Source: Orbicella franksi (taxonomy: Eukaryota). From it: 64,000 bases of DNA. Each line of letters begins with the position of its first letter. Position 1 is the first letter of the stretch. The notes under the pieces were generated by a model. It ran no database searches. It saw only the letters and a program-made list of their open reading frames with translations, and was not told the DNA's origin. The DNA lies in contig OZ116702.1 in NCBI GenBank assembly GCA_964199315.1, positions 1,674,001 through 1,738,000 of the forward strand. The letters run 5' to 3'. Shown in pieces: positions 1 to 63,998 of this stretch. A program made the translations under genes and the position numbers.

Positions 1-261
1 AAAAAATCACCGATCATTTTGGATTTGTGTTTGAGGAGAACATCACATGTTTATCGTAACGTCATCCTTTTCGAGAAAAAGCTCCGCTGTCAAAATGTTT
101 TCCGTTCACACGAAAACGAAAAGCCGTCGTTTTCAAATTCCTCCGGTTTAAAGAGCATTTTCGAAAGGCTCCGTTTTCGTGACGGATTAGTGCGGACGGT
201 AGGCCTAACCGAAATAAAACTGCGTTTCCAGATTCATCTGGTGTAGGGTGAACGACGCCTA
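1..261 (+). mobile_element. MITE-like repeat family A, copy 1 (cut by window edge)
   Basis: High similarity to 689-1057, 15225-15350 (reverse) and 22357-22730. Shared core: ttttcgaaaagctccgttttcgtgacggattagtgtggacggtaggcctaacc. Confidence 0.8.
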
Positions 262-448
262 AAAACAACAAAGAAGTGAAATTAACTGTAAACGAGCAGG
301 GATAATTGAGATCGATTATAAACGACTCTTCTAAGGAACTTATTAACGGTAAGCGTGATGACTTTGGACGATGAACCAACTGGGCCTCTGGCTATCCATC
401 GATAATTAAGAGATCATTTTAACCATGGACTTGGTGGTGGAAGGTGTT

Positions 449-52192
<51,744 letters not shown>

Positions 52193-52944
52193 CCTGCATA
52201 GTGTGAAAACAAACAGTACTGCATGTGGTTTGCTCTCAACATTTCCTGTTTCCTTGTTCACTTGATTACCATTTTAACACACAGAGGAAAGGAGATGTTA
52301 CTTAATTCTAAGGTCTTACTTTGCAGACTTGCCCACATATAACGATAATATACTTTAAAAATACCAACATATACACATAAACACTATAGTTACAGTATCA
52401 ATAGATGTATACAAGCTTTATACGCCGTTTAGTAACAAACTGTGTTCAAAGGTTAATGATTAACTTTACACTATATAGCTAGCTTGTCGGTAAAAAAGCA
52501 TTACCGCTTATTAAATTAAATCGAAATTAAACTTAAGAACTTTAATACAGAAGATACGTTATAAACGCAGCAACTGATTTCAAAGATAAGGTCAAAGTTA
52601 AGATTTAAGGCTTAAGCTTAAGTTACATGTATGTTTTGCATGAATTTTTGATGGAAACGAGATTATTGCAGCCTTACAATTCTAAAATCTAACCTAGTTA
52701 TATGACATCATATTGAACTGAAACGAATTAACAAATCTATGTGGGTTTTCTCCATTTAAAATGTGTATAAATTTCTACATGTACAATAACAAAACGCTCC
52801 AACAAAGCGGGACACAAGCCACGGAAAGTCAAGACATGTCAAACACTGACAACACTAGACTTGAAATCTCGTCGATGAACCCACTTGTCAATCCCATTAA
52901 GAACGTGATCGACAAAGAACGGAATTAACTAGATATTGCCATAC

Positions 52945-53060
52945 CTCAGTTTAAGCTAACTGGCCGGATAACTGATGCATTTTTCTGAGAAGATCATGAC
53001 TATGACAATCTCATGAACACCTCCATCTTTGTTCCGCTTCTTGTCCCTCAGTGTGTGTTA
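52945..53060 (-). other. TRRAP: Probable non-coding first exon (5' UTR) of TRRAP
   Basis: There is a consensus donor CTGAG|GTATGG at 52945/52944. The next exon's acceptor (tatgcag|G ATG G) puts the start codon 1 nt into exon 2, and splicing gives A at -3 and G at +4. The transcription start is inferred only. Confidence 0.6.
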
Positions 53061-53241
53061 CATGAAGTCATCACTGAATGGAGACCTTCAAATTTGACGG
53101 TCTGATTGTGCGCTTCCTCGGTAACGCAGAGCTGCTGCCTCATCATTCTGCCGGCGCACAAACACGTGTAAAGAGCACATTTTGCAGAAGCAATAACAAC
53201 CTGGGATTATTCTTAGTTACACTTCGCCATTTTTATCCAGC
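53040..53241. promoter_or_regulatory. Shared bidirectional promoter of TRRAP and TEX10; CpG-retaining; CACGTG E-box at 53163-53168
   Basis: The genes are divergent with about 200 bp between the inferred TRRAP first exon and the TEX10 ATG. CpGs are locally retained within a CpG-poor domain. The CACGTG is seen directly. Confidence 0.7.
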
Positions 53242-56200
53242 ATGGCGAAAAATAAGAGGAAAAGGAAACTGAAGGAACAGGACTTCCAAAAGGTGAAGCT
53301 GAAAGTCGGAAAGAAGTTACAACCTGCTCAGAATGCGACTGACACCTCGTTCAAATCGAGATCTGTTTTCATCCCAAACCAGCTTCAGAAACTCGACAGT
53401 GAACCAACAAATCAAAGAAATCAAACCCTGAAGGTAAGGCTTTCATACTGTTATGACTCTCTGTTAACTTTTATAAGTATCAGACGAAACCTTCGACAAT
53501 TCAAGGAGTTAGAGGTGGGGTCGAGAAGAAAATTGTGCAGTCAGCGTTTCCTTTCAGTTGACTGTTCCACCCTTTAATTTCATTATGTTGTGTGTACAGC
53601 TTGCATCATGGCATTGGACATATAAATCTAGGAAAAATTGCTAGTGCTTTCTTTAGCACTTTGAATTTATTTGACAGACTGAAAGTAAAGCCAACATGAC
53701 TTGAACATTGAAGTTGAACGTGCTATCCTTCTGTTCTGTGGGAGGACGGAAGAACTTTAATTGTCATGTGCAAAAAGTGAACACGCATCACACTTATCCC
53801 AGCCACTGAGCTACCAAAATTCTGACTGTGTGATTAAACAGCATAACCAATCTTGAACATTTAGTAATTAAAAGATAACAAGAAAAAAACTTTAAACTGA
53901 AGGAGGTAGAAACAACAAAAAGTTAACTGAGTTAAAAGCCATTTTAACCCATTGACTCTTGGAGCTTTGTGTCAAAAACGCATTTTTTTGGTCATTTTGG
54001 AGGTTTTCAGGCTGGATATGGGCCAAATTAGCTCCAATCTACTCAAAAATCTACTCAAAAATCTACTCTTTTCCTTTTGCTGCATTGATTGATCTTCTTC
54101 TGGGCTTGCTTCCAGTTTAAAACATTCTGAGAAGGCATCATCGTGACAGGCAATTTTTGCCATGGAGTAGCCATGTGTAGTGGCAGGAAATGTTCCTCTG
54201 AGTTTTTGACTCAACTTTTTGAGCATTTTTGTGCATATCTCAGGCTCCATTGGGCCAATCACTCTGATCTGGATATCACTGGAAAGATCTTTTCCTCCTG
54301 CAGAAGTTGAGCATAGATGATGCCAATTTTGGTCAAAGGTGATGACGTCAGAAGTGGAAGAAAGGCCAAGGCTCGTCACGGTCGGTTACGGCCAGCACAG
54401 GAGTCAATGGGTTAAAAGAATCAATATTACTGCTTAGGTAAAAGCTTAGTGTTTTTGTTATTCTTATAGGATTTACTTGCCCAAGTGGGCCATTACAGTG
54501 TCACAATGAGAAAGGAAGCACTAGTTGGTCTTAAGGATCTGTTTCAGCTCCATGAGAATCTTCTGGAAGAAAATCTTGGAATTATAACCAAAAGAGTAGC
54601 CGAGAAAATGACAGACAGCGACCCATCAGTTCGGCAATCACTTCTTCTATTATTCTGTTTTATATTTCCATTGGTACCACAGGAAAGGATGGCCCCATTT
54701 TCTCCAATCGTCATGGCTCACTTAAGCTGTGCAATGACACACATTTATGATGACATTCAGCATGACTCGCTTGGTTTTCTAGAACTGTGTCTTCAATACT
54801 TCCCAACTTTAATGGTGACTAGTTCTTCACAGCTGATTCAAAACTTTGTTGGCATGATTTCATATCAGGGCACTTCAGGTACTAAGAAGTCAAAAGGATT
54901 AAAGCAAAAAGTAGGAAAAGGACTTTCTGTGAATCCAAAGGGAAAACTCTCTTCTTTAAGGTCACGTTTAAAAGTCCTACAGCAATTGTTAGCTTTTTTA
55001 AAAGCCTTGGAATCTTCTACAAATTCTTGCCAAGCAGAAAGCTCTTTTACATCAATGAACCATGTTGATGTATCAAGCAGCAAACCCATATTTCATTTTC
55101 AGAAGCATCTACCAACACAAATTCAGGTTTTGCAGCATTCTGTTGAAGAACCAATGTTACTGCCCTTCACCTTTGACAACACCGTAACATTTGGTATGCA
55201 ATCAGTAAACACAGGAAGTGAGTCCAATATTTTAACTGATGGCCAAAAAACGAAAGATTTCATGGAAACAATTGTGCCTTTACTGTTGGAATGCTGGGTT
55301 GAATGTAACCCTGCCCAAGTGACAACTGGTCTCCCAGACAGTGTGATGTCTCCTTCATCCATCAATGTCATGTTAGCTATAGCAGAAATTTTCAAAGTTA
55401 TTTTCAAAGCAGCTGAAAGAAATCAAACAAAGCATTCCAACATCCTGGAGCAGACTAAAGTCGAAAACTTCCTGCCTGATATATACAGAGAACTTAATCA
55501 TCACTTTATGAGCCACTTTCCATTCACAGCATGTCATACTCCATTGCTTAAGAAAGAGAAAAAGAAGTTTGGAAAATCATCTCAACAGGATGTGGGAGAT
55601 AAAATCAGTTCTTCTGTGTTAACTCTAAACCTTGCAATCTGTGAAGTAATGCTACAGGTTGTAAGAAATGATGTTGCTTTAAAGAAGAAGTATCATTCTG
55701 CAGTTCAGAAACTTGAAGACTTTGTTATAGAATCACTGCTGTTGAAGGCAAAAGGAGGTGCTTGGGCTCAACAATTTCAGACAGAGCATGTGGAGAGTTT
55801 AATCAAGTTTGCTCATCAGATTCTTTGTGGAAAACAAGGTAATGTATTGCAAATTGTATGAGCATATGCGTGGTACCATGTTATCAAATCTGCATGTTCA
55901 AACCAATAAATACTGTATAATACGACATAGGTTCAGCTAAGAGTGATTTTGGGAAAATTATGAGTGAAAGAAAGGCCATGGCAGAATGCAGCACCTTTTC
56001 CCTTTAAATACTACCTTAAATTCTGAGGCTTATGGGAATAAAACATAAGAAATTAATTAGTTATCCCATAACCTCAATGTGATTTCTTTTGTTGTATTAC
56101 CCGAAGCCTCAGAACCACATGCTTAAAAGTGTCTTTCATGTTTATATGTCTGTGTGAATTAAACATAAAAGAGTTCAATTATGGTAGACACCAGGGAAGT

Positions 56201-59200
56201 AAACTGATGAATACAGTATAATAAAATGTGCTTTTTAAAATCTAGTAGTATTTTTCTTTTTAATTTGTTTGAAGATTCTGATACAGCAAGACAACTGCTC
56301 AGTGCAACTTTCAACTTGTACCAGTCCAGCCACATCATGTGTGGGACAAAGAAGATGCTGATGGTGTTTTTTAGCAGCCTTGCATTTCCTGAGAACCCAG
56401 ATGTGTCAAGGTGAATTTCTCCTTTTCAAGTTTAACATAATACTTACACCTTTAGGTCAATGCACTGCTCTTCCTACTTTCTAGAGTTTCTTGATCCCAA
56501 TAGATTAAATGATCATTTTTATTCAACAATTTTTGATGTTTACAATAGACATGAAGAGGTACATGCAGTGGTTCAGAAATGGCTCCAAGGATTGCCAAGT
56601 GTGTTGCTGCTGTTGAAGGATGCCAGCCCAAGCATGACAGAACTTGTCCTTAGAGACATGAAAAAGGCAATGGTGCAATGTGTCCCACAACCAGATCACA
56701 ACTTTTTGGCTCATCTGTCCTTGTTCTTTTGTGGGTTTTCTGATTTGTAGAAATCTGTGATACTTTGAGTATAAATTTATTTTGGGGGATACGATGATAC
56801 GATATACATTATAATACTGCTTAGTAATTAGGTCGTGGGAAAGTATCTCGGTCATCTCAGGAATGCTAAGTGGTCTTGAAAATAACTTTCAGAAATCAAT
56901 CCATAGAAAAAAAGATCATGGTGACTGGTACATTTACCCATAACAACATACAGAAAGGGTATCACAGGGACAAATATTACCAAAACATGGCTTTCCTTTT
57001 GTATAATGGACTGTGTGACTGGGGCTTGCTTGGTATTCTGGTAACCTGTACAGTTGCCATATATTTTTCCTATGAAGGATTGCTGTACAAGTAATTGTTT
57101 ACACAAGGCTTAGTAACACAAAGCAGTATCCTAGACAGTTGAATTTATTTTTTAATCAGTATTTACATGTTTGGATAAATTCTATGAATTTTTTTTCAGC
57201 CAAGAATAGTGGACCTTTTGTAAACATGAGTGAAACCATTCAGAGATCAGCAGTGGAGCTGTTGTTTCACCTTCCATCATTGGATGACAGTTTGCTACAA
57301 AACATTGTGTGCTGCTGTCATGGTGGTCAAGTTGGATTATCAGTGATTCAATACATTCTCCAAATCCTGCATTACAGGTTGATTGTTTATGCTGTACATG
57401 TAGTTTAAAATGATTTCAGGAGAAATTGAGTTCAAACTAGTTTGATTTGTATTTTGCTTTGTTTAGGATTATGACAATAAATATGGAACAAAGAAAGATA
57501 CATATGAGGCTGGTTTAATATCATTTTGACCTGAAATTCATTTTAACCTGCCACATATAAAAGTACTGTCTAGGGTTATATTTCCATACATTTTATTTGC
57601 ACAATCTGTTTTCTGATAGTGTAATAGTTAGATAGGAAGTCTCGACGATTTGGATACAGGGAAAAACCTGAATCGTTTGTAAATGCTTGTTTCATTTGCT
57701 AAACTTCAATGGAAAGATTTTTACATGCATTTTTCTCTACTACATATACTGTATCAACTGTATTATGAAACAGTGCATTTAAAACCTGACTCCAATATAT
57801 ATGAAAGCTGATTTATCAGATGTGCAATTGCATCATCAGGCTTGTTTTTTGTCATTTTAGCCTTTCTTTATGCATTTACAGGAGGGTAAATCAAGATTTT
57901 GTTGCAAAGTCTTGATTAAGATGGGCAAAAAATGCTACTTACCATTAAAGCAGATTCAATAGATTTTGACACAGACATCTTATAGGAATTTTGTATGATT
58001 ATTTTTTGAGGCAAACTTCACTAAATACATATACCTAAGAACAGTGTCCTCAAACTTCACGTTCTAGCTCATTTACCAATAATTTGTCCTCTTCAAAGTG
58101 GAGGAAATATGATGGATGAGCTAAATTTGTATTGACTTTGCCTTTTAACTTACCAATCCATGTGGTGTTTTCTGTGTAGGTCTCCAGGCTATCAAGGATT
58201 TATGTACCACCCTGCAGCATTTTCTCTTGAAACATACTCAAGTGTTCTTATAAATGTAGCAGTAGGTGCGTGAGAAGTTAATTATTTTGCTTTACAAGTG
58301 TGTTTCAAATTCATTGTTAGTTATAGCAACAGGCTCAGCTAGGAATTAGCATTACAGTGCTGGACTTTACCTTGCATTCTTCTTATCTGGTATTTTTCTT
58401 GCTTGCCACATGTACATTACTTATAACAACTTATTATATGGTTTGCGTTTGTAGCCAAAATAACGCGCGCTCTGATCGGCCAATTATAGAGCATTATTCT
58501 CCCGTGATGCCCATGGGCCAATTAGGGGCTTTCAGAGACAAAGCAAAATGCCATATAATAAACAACCTATTAACCTCAAACGTTCGGTCTTTACGGGAAA
58601 ATCTCAAACCTTGACCTTGCTGTATTGAACGAGCGATAGCAAGGTCAATAGGACAAGGGCTTGGTTTGAGATTTTCCTGTAAAGACCTCACTCTCAGTTA
58701 ATAAGTAGTTATTAATATTGCAGTGATAGAAGATAATTATAGGTCAAGACCAACTTTAGTGTAACTGATTGATAGTTCTGTACCATTTTCCTTTGGGGCA
58801 CTTTCCATTTTCCATTACCTTCGGGTGTAAGGGTTTTTTGAACACTTCTGATGATACACTCCCATTTTTGGGAGCACTTGCACTTGTGGGCAAAACAAGA
58901 TTCAGAAATTATATAGTGAATGCAAAAATTATTCATAAAATGTTGATTTGTGTGACCTTGCAGGCTTCTCTAAGAAACAGTTGACTGAGTATCAAGACAC
59001 AACAAATCTTGCAGAGACCCACAAGCTGACTGACTTCACGTAAGAACATGTTTAGTGTTGATCAGCCTTGAAAATCGTAAAACTCCATACCAGTTATTAA
59101 AATGTGCTCACCTCTTTTTCCTTGTTGGCTTTAGAGACTGCAGCTTTTGCATAGTGGAAGAAAACACACAGGTGAACATACATGTCGTAACAGAGTATTT

Positions 59201-62200
59201 AAATTTTGCAAAATAATGACGTAGGGCCACTAGTTTATCAGTTTATACTGTCGTGTGTCACCCTCTTTAAATAAAGATGACTGATGGCGAAATGATTTAC
59301 AGGAAAAAAACACTTGAATAGACCCTTTACAGGCCCTGTTTTTCTTCTGGCTTTAGGTTACACATAGCGTTATTTTGATATTTGTTTAATCCTGATAGCA
59401 GAGGAGAAATAGGCCACAAGGGGTAGGGCTGGTCTTTGTTTGTTTTTACCTTTTTTGACCTGTATTGCTTTGCAGTTTATCTTTTAAGAACCTGTATTGT
59501 TAGCAGAGTAAGTATGGTGTGTATTTTTGATTTAGTTTTTGTTTCTGTCCACGGTTAGGAAGAACAAACTGAACATGAACTATCCAAGGGTCCACAGAGC
59601 AATGTTTTAAAGTTATGGCAGACTCATCAGATGAAATTACAGGTAATTTTAAATCACCAACTTGTGTTTGTGATTTTAATTTAGTTGAAGAGTGTATTTA
59701 AGAATTCAAACTTTATGAGCGAACCTATAAAAAGTGCATTTTTGTATATTAAATCTTTTGTTGTTTCTTAGGCAGTGTGCCAGTGCTTCAAGCAATGCCA
59801 TCAGCCTAACCTTCTACCACAGCATATGGGTCTGCAGCTGGAAACATATTTGGTAGGATAATTTACATATTTATGTGTTCATCAGCATCTGTTTAGTGTG
59901 AAGCAATTAACATAACTTTGCCTATATTATTTGTTGGAGTGGGTTAGCAATATGAAATTTCATGTTAATGTCATGCTGGCTACAAAACGTTCAGAGTCAG
60001 ACCAAGTGTCGTGATCTTCTGGTTTCTGTAGCATGCAGCGATGAGAAGTATTGCTACTCCCCTTGAATGGGATGCTAGTCCATTGCAGGGCTACCCTCCA
60101 GCATTAAATCCACCATTATCCATTTCTACACCTAAGTGGAGAGAGGCACTGTGAGAGTAAAGTATCTTGCTTCAGAATATAATGCATGGACTTGAACTAA
60201 CCATTTGGCCCCTGTGCAGTTCCCACTCATAAGTATTTGTTCTAGCTAATCTTCTGGTCCTTAAAAACAATTGGAAACTGTTGGAGTGCTTCAATAAGAT
60301 TGAAAGAAAATAGCCCATGTTATTACCAAAACAATATGACAGTTGCAAATAAAGATTTGCCTGTAATATAGATTATATGCTTGATCTCTTCTACTCCTTT
60401 TTTTTCTCACCAGCGTGACTTTAAAGTTCTTCCTGTATCTGCAGCACTCAGCCTTTTATGGTTGGTTCGATGGTAAGTGTTCTAAGAAAAATGATAATCA
60501 GTTAAAATTTTGCAACAACTTAGCTTAGAATTACATTTACTTCTTGCCCCCTTTCTCCCCTCCCCTGTGATACTGATATGGGTTGCTGTAGTGTTTTTAC
60601 AATACTCAGTAGGATAATTTCAAAAATCAATTAATTCATTTATTATTGCGATGGTCATACCTGAATTGTTGTCATATTTTCAGGAGCAATCGGGTCATTA
60701 TCATTGTAAGAAGTACACATTACTGTGAGAGGTGAATTGATCAACATGACACGAGCATGGGACAAAGAAAAAATCTGAGTCCCCGAGAGGAATCAGTTAA
60801 ATGACCTTGCTCTTCATGAGTTCTTGTAGCTCAGTGGATAGAGTGCGCGCCCGCTGCTCGGGAGGTCACGGGTTCGATTCCCGTCAGGGACTTTGATTTT
60901 TTTTCTTTGTCCCATGCTCATGTCCTGTTGATCAATTTACCTTTCACATTTCATAACCAAGTTAAAATTCACCATCTTTTCACTTATCACTACATGTCAC
61001 TGTTTCAAAAAACAAACTTAATTTCAACTGCGTGTAGAAATTAATGCAAATGTAAAAGTGATCCGCTGGTAGCACTAGGCTGATCTAGGCGGATCAGTTA
61101 TTATCAGATTACGTATATTAGATTACTTACCGGTAAATGTTGTGTCATTGTTGTTTTTTTTTACCTGCTACTTCTAGTGTGGTGGAATTGACTTCACCAT
61201 CAGACTCTCTAGGCAGCCTGGGCAGCAGGTTACCAGCCAACCTGTTATTAAATCTTGTACCGTTGACTCTGGTTTGTTTACAACACTGTGCAAGCACGAC
61301 TTCATCGAGTGTTGCATTGGAAGTTAACAACAGCGACTCAACTAGCAGTATAGCTTCACTTGTGAATAAGCACTTGTTTGAGGCAGCTGTGGAGTTGCTG
61401 GCGGCAGTTCCAGGAATTATCACCGATATGCTGTCGCTTTTGCAGAAAATCACGTCAGGTATCACCGTATGCGATTCTTGACAGTTTAGTCCCAATTTTT
61501 ATAACCTAGGGTGCGTTCTTTTGGACTTCCTTGATTCCACTCTGGACAGTGATTAGCCAATTTCTTTGATGCGTCATGATCTGAGTGATCCTGCCAAAGA
61601 AACACAACATAGGATCAGTCTCCTGGTATGAGTTAATATTCGAGCGTCTCAGCGGGCTCATGCACTTGACTAGCCCTGAAAGAGTGAGGGACTGATTATT
61701 TTGTTTTGTTTTGTTTTTTTGTTTTTCTTTGTTTTTCTTTGTTTTTTTTATTTGAAATTTTTTGATTCTGATTACTCAATACGTACAAGTGTCGGACTGA
61801 ACAAAGCCAGGAGCCTGACAAAGCCCAGAACTAACCGAGCACATGTGGCTGAAAAGTTTAGCCTAAATTTTTCTAGTGCGTCGTTTATAATCCGTGTTAA
61901 TCTTCTCCATTCTCAACCATCGTTGTTCCCTTGTGGTTTTTATTATCTCTTTGGTGTTTTTCTCTGTCTATTATTTTCAGGTTATTTTGTACGTGGCCAA
62001 AATAATTCCTTTAACAGCTCGATTTTGGTTATGTCCTATTAAACTGTAGGAAACTCCGAGTCTGTCAAGCAGAACTGCGCAGCCGTACTCACTAAACTGT
62101 TGGGTTCTGACGCGAGACAGGTTCTCCTTCAGTCAGTGGACGTTTTACAGCTTCTTGTTACTCGTATCTTGGTAAGTTAGTTTGTGTACACAAAATTAAA

Positions 62201-62540
62201 CCATACTGTGTGCAAGCTTCCATTCTGTGTAATCAACAAAACGAAGGTTTTTCCCTGTGTTTGCGCTCGACGTGCGAAAAAACGCGGGAACTGGCAAGGG
62301 AAAAATAGGAGGACTCAGGAGAGTGATCCCTGTGTTCTTCCCAGACTCCTCTCGTTCTTCATTGCTGCGACACTGATTCAATCAATCAGCTGGTGTAGGT
62401 GGATTAAAGGTTTAAATCTAAATACGTTTTTTTTTTTTACCTTTTAGAGCTCAAAGGACGCTGGGTCTTGTCATAAACAGTGGTTTGCTGATCTTCAGTA
62501 TCAGTATTCCTTGTTTAAAGTGGAAGCCGGTCTGACATGA
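53242..62540 (+). CDS. TEX10: Testis-expressed protein 10 / Ipi1 homolog (Rix1-PELP1-WDR18 complex, pre-60S processing), 14 coding exons
   Basis: The N-terminus MAKNKRKRKLKEQDFQKVKLKVGKKLQPAQNATDTSFKSRS and the HEAT-like Ipi1_N segment (GHYSVTMRKEALVGLKDL...HLSCAMTHIYDDIQHDSLGFLELCLQYFP) are typical of TEX10. Exons read in frame: 53242-53433, 54470-55838, 56275-56410, then about 56549-56720, 57201-57378, 58181-58264, 58964-59039, 59135-59171, 59559-59642, 59772-59852, 60414-60472, 61179-61459, 62050-62171, and a last exon ending WFADLQYQYSLFKVEAGLT* at 62538-62540. Confidence 0.93.
53948..54411. mobile_element. piggyBac-type MITE in TEX10 intron 1
   Basis: TTAA|CCCATTGACTC ... GAGTCAATGGG|TTAA: perfect 11-bp TIR, TTAA target-site duplication and CCC terminus. 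Internal 12-bp tandem repeat aatctactcaaa. Confidence 0.85.
58420..58710. mobile_element. Palindromic dispersed repeat (related fragments at 34040-34210 and 23570-23642)
   Basis: Internal inverted pair ggtctttacgggaaaatctcaaacc / ggtttgagattttcctgtaaagacc. The motifs tgagattttcccgt and tatcggctacaagaac are shared among the fragments. Confidence 0.6.
59993..60200 (-). mobile_element. tRNA-derived SINE (Meta/CORE-like), decayed copy in a TEX10 intron
   Basis: Collinear with the 45878 copy (gatgctagtccattgcagggctaccc...gtggagagaggcactgtgagagtaaagtatcttgc). Confidence 0.68.
60725..60992. mobile_element. tRNA-derived element in an inverted (fold-back) arrangement
   Basis: A box tagctcagtgg (60827-60837) and B box ggttcgattcc (60871-60881). 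Arms 60725-60794 and 60876-60947 are reverse complements with a few mismatches. Confidence 0.72.
61845..62020 (-). mobile_element. Kolobok-like MITE, decayed reverse copy just upstream of a TEX10 acceptor
   Basis: aaaagtttagcctaaatttttc...aatccgtgttaatcttctccat...ttattttcaggtt is the reverse complement of the interior of copies 1 and 2. Confidence 0.6.
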
Positions 62541-62706
62541 TCGCCACCGACAGAGAAGCTGTCAGAGAATGTAAACACCTCACAGAATTACTATGTCACG
62601 AGAGCCTACGCACTGTCACTACCTCAGGAGTCCTGGTGCCTCAGTGGTGGGCTTCACATAGGGCTACGCTCTGTATGCCGTTATGGTCGAAAACAAGAAA
62701 TACATA

Positions 62707-62760
62707 AATAAAATCAAGTATCCTTGAATTTTTTGGCGTATTTTTTTTTTTTTTTTTTTT
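62707..62760 (+). terminator. Likely TEX10 polyadenylation signal with downstream U-rich element
   Basis: AATAAA at 62707-62712, about 170 nt after the stop codon, followed by a T-rich tract at about 62729-62760. Confidence 0.55.
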
Positions 62761-62775
62761 CGTTTTACTGTAAGC

Positions 62776-63104
62776 TTACGAGATGTGCAACAAAAAGTCA
62801 CGAACCACGGCGAGATTTGAAGTGCCCCACAGTTGTAACACGTGATTGGCAGTTTGCGACTTCTGACAAGAGCTCGTAGTTTCAACTTGACTGTAATGTC
62901 GCGAACAAGGAGTGTGGAACGCACGTTTTGTCATGGCCCAACTCCACTTCTCTTCTCTCCGTTTATTCAACCTGCCATTTTGTTTTTCTAATGCCAGTTT
63001 TTCTCGAATAGATTTGAAAAAGTCTTGTTTGTTTCCATTGTGGCTAGGTTGTTCACATGCGCCCCTCCTTGACCACAGAGTCCTTCCCAGTTCGCCGTAT
63101 TTCA
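62776..63104 (-). CDS. Possible terminal exon of an unidentified convergent gene
   Basis: An acceptor-like sequence (ctttactttttaatag|) is followed by a 109-codon open frame (KYGELGRTLWSRRG...VVRDFLLHIS*). I recognise no domain and see no upstream exon. Confidence 0.22.
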
Positions 63105-63210
63105 CTATTAAAAAGTAAAGGAGCTTGGAGTTGAGGCAGTAAGTACTGCTGAGTATTTTTCACGTTTTTTATTGAACAAAGGACGTTTTTGTCGTCTGCG
63201 TTTCCATTTG

Positions 63211-63998
63211 GCGATTTGATTTTTCGTAGCATTTATACGCAGTCGTTTTTTCGAAAGCTAATTGTATGTAAAATACACATTTAATTAGTGAGATACGGAG
63301 CGCCGTTATCTAATATCTTTGTGTAAAGGATTAAAACTAGAGGTAAACATTGCGTAATTAATATCTATATTTTTTAATTCAAACCAAATCACGGAACTGG
63401 TTAGATCTCATCGGTGCAAGCAAGATTTATTTTCGTCTTTTATTTTTCAAGCAAATAAAACGTGTCTCGTGTTTTAACATTCTTTCTTTATTGAAAACAA
63501 AATAAAGTTTACACAGCTCAGAAAAATAAAAACACTTCTGCTTGGGAAACCATGCGAATTCTATTTGCGCCTAATATAATGAAAGAAATTTTATCATGAC
63601 TCATGCTGTGAACCTTTTACACATCCAACATCATATGCCCTGCTTGATTATTGAAAATGAGCAAATTAATGTCGTAAAAATGAACAAAATGACAAGTCTT
63701 TGCACATTCTTCGTAATTCTATGATGTTTTATTGGGCATAATTCTAAAATAAATCCAGTTCAATACAGGTAGAGTCTTTAATTGCTTGGGGAACCATGCG
63801 AATTCTATTTGCGGTTAAAATATTGAAAGAAATTTTGTCTTGGATAATTTTAATCGTGACTCATGCTGTTGAACCTTTTACACCGCGATTTGATTTTTCG
63901 TAGCATTTATACGCAGTCGTTTTTTCGAAAGCTAATTGTATGTAAAATACACATTTAATTAGTGAGATACGGAGCGCCGTTATCTAATATCTTTGTGT
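63211..63998. repeat. Nested direct repeats: identical 114-bp pair (63211-63324 and 63885-63998) plus a diverged pair (63538-63622 and 63783-63883)
   Basis: Direct base comparison. Confidence 0.85.

Noticed and set aside
53972-54379. 135-aa minus-strand ORF as a transposase
   Set aside because: It lies within a 464-bp non-autonomous piggyBac-type MITE and shows no DDD/E motifs.
60820-60895. tRNA gene
   Set aside because: The head is embedded in a larger repeat with an inverted partner and imperfect cloverleaf pairing; treated as SINE-derived.
62820-62860. Zinc knuckle suggested by ITCYNCG in ORF 62664-62924
   Set aside because: It lacks the following H and C ligands at CCHC spacing, and the frame runs into a poly-A tract.
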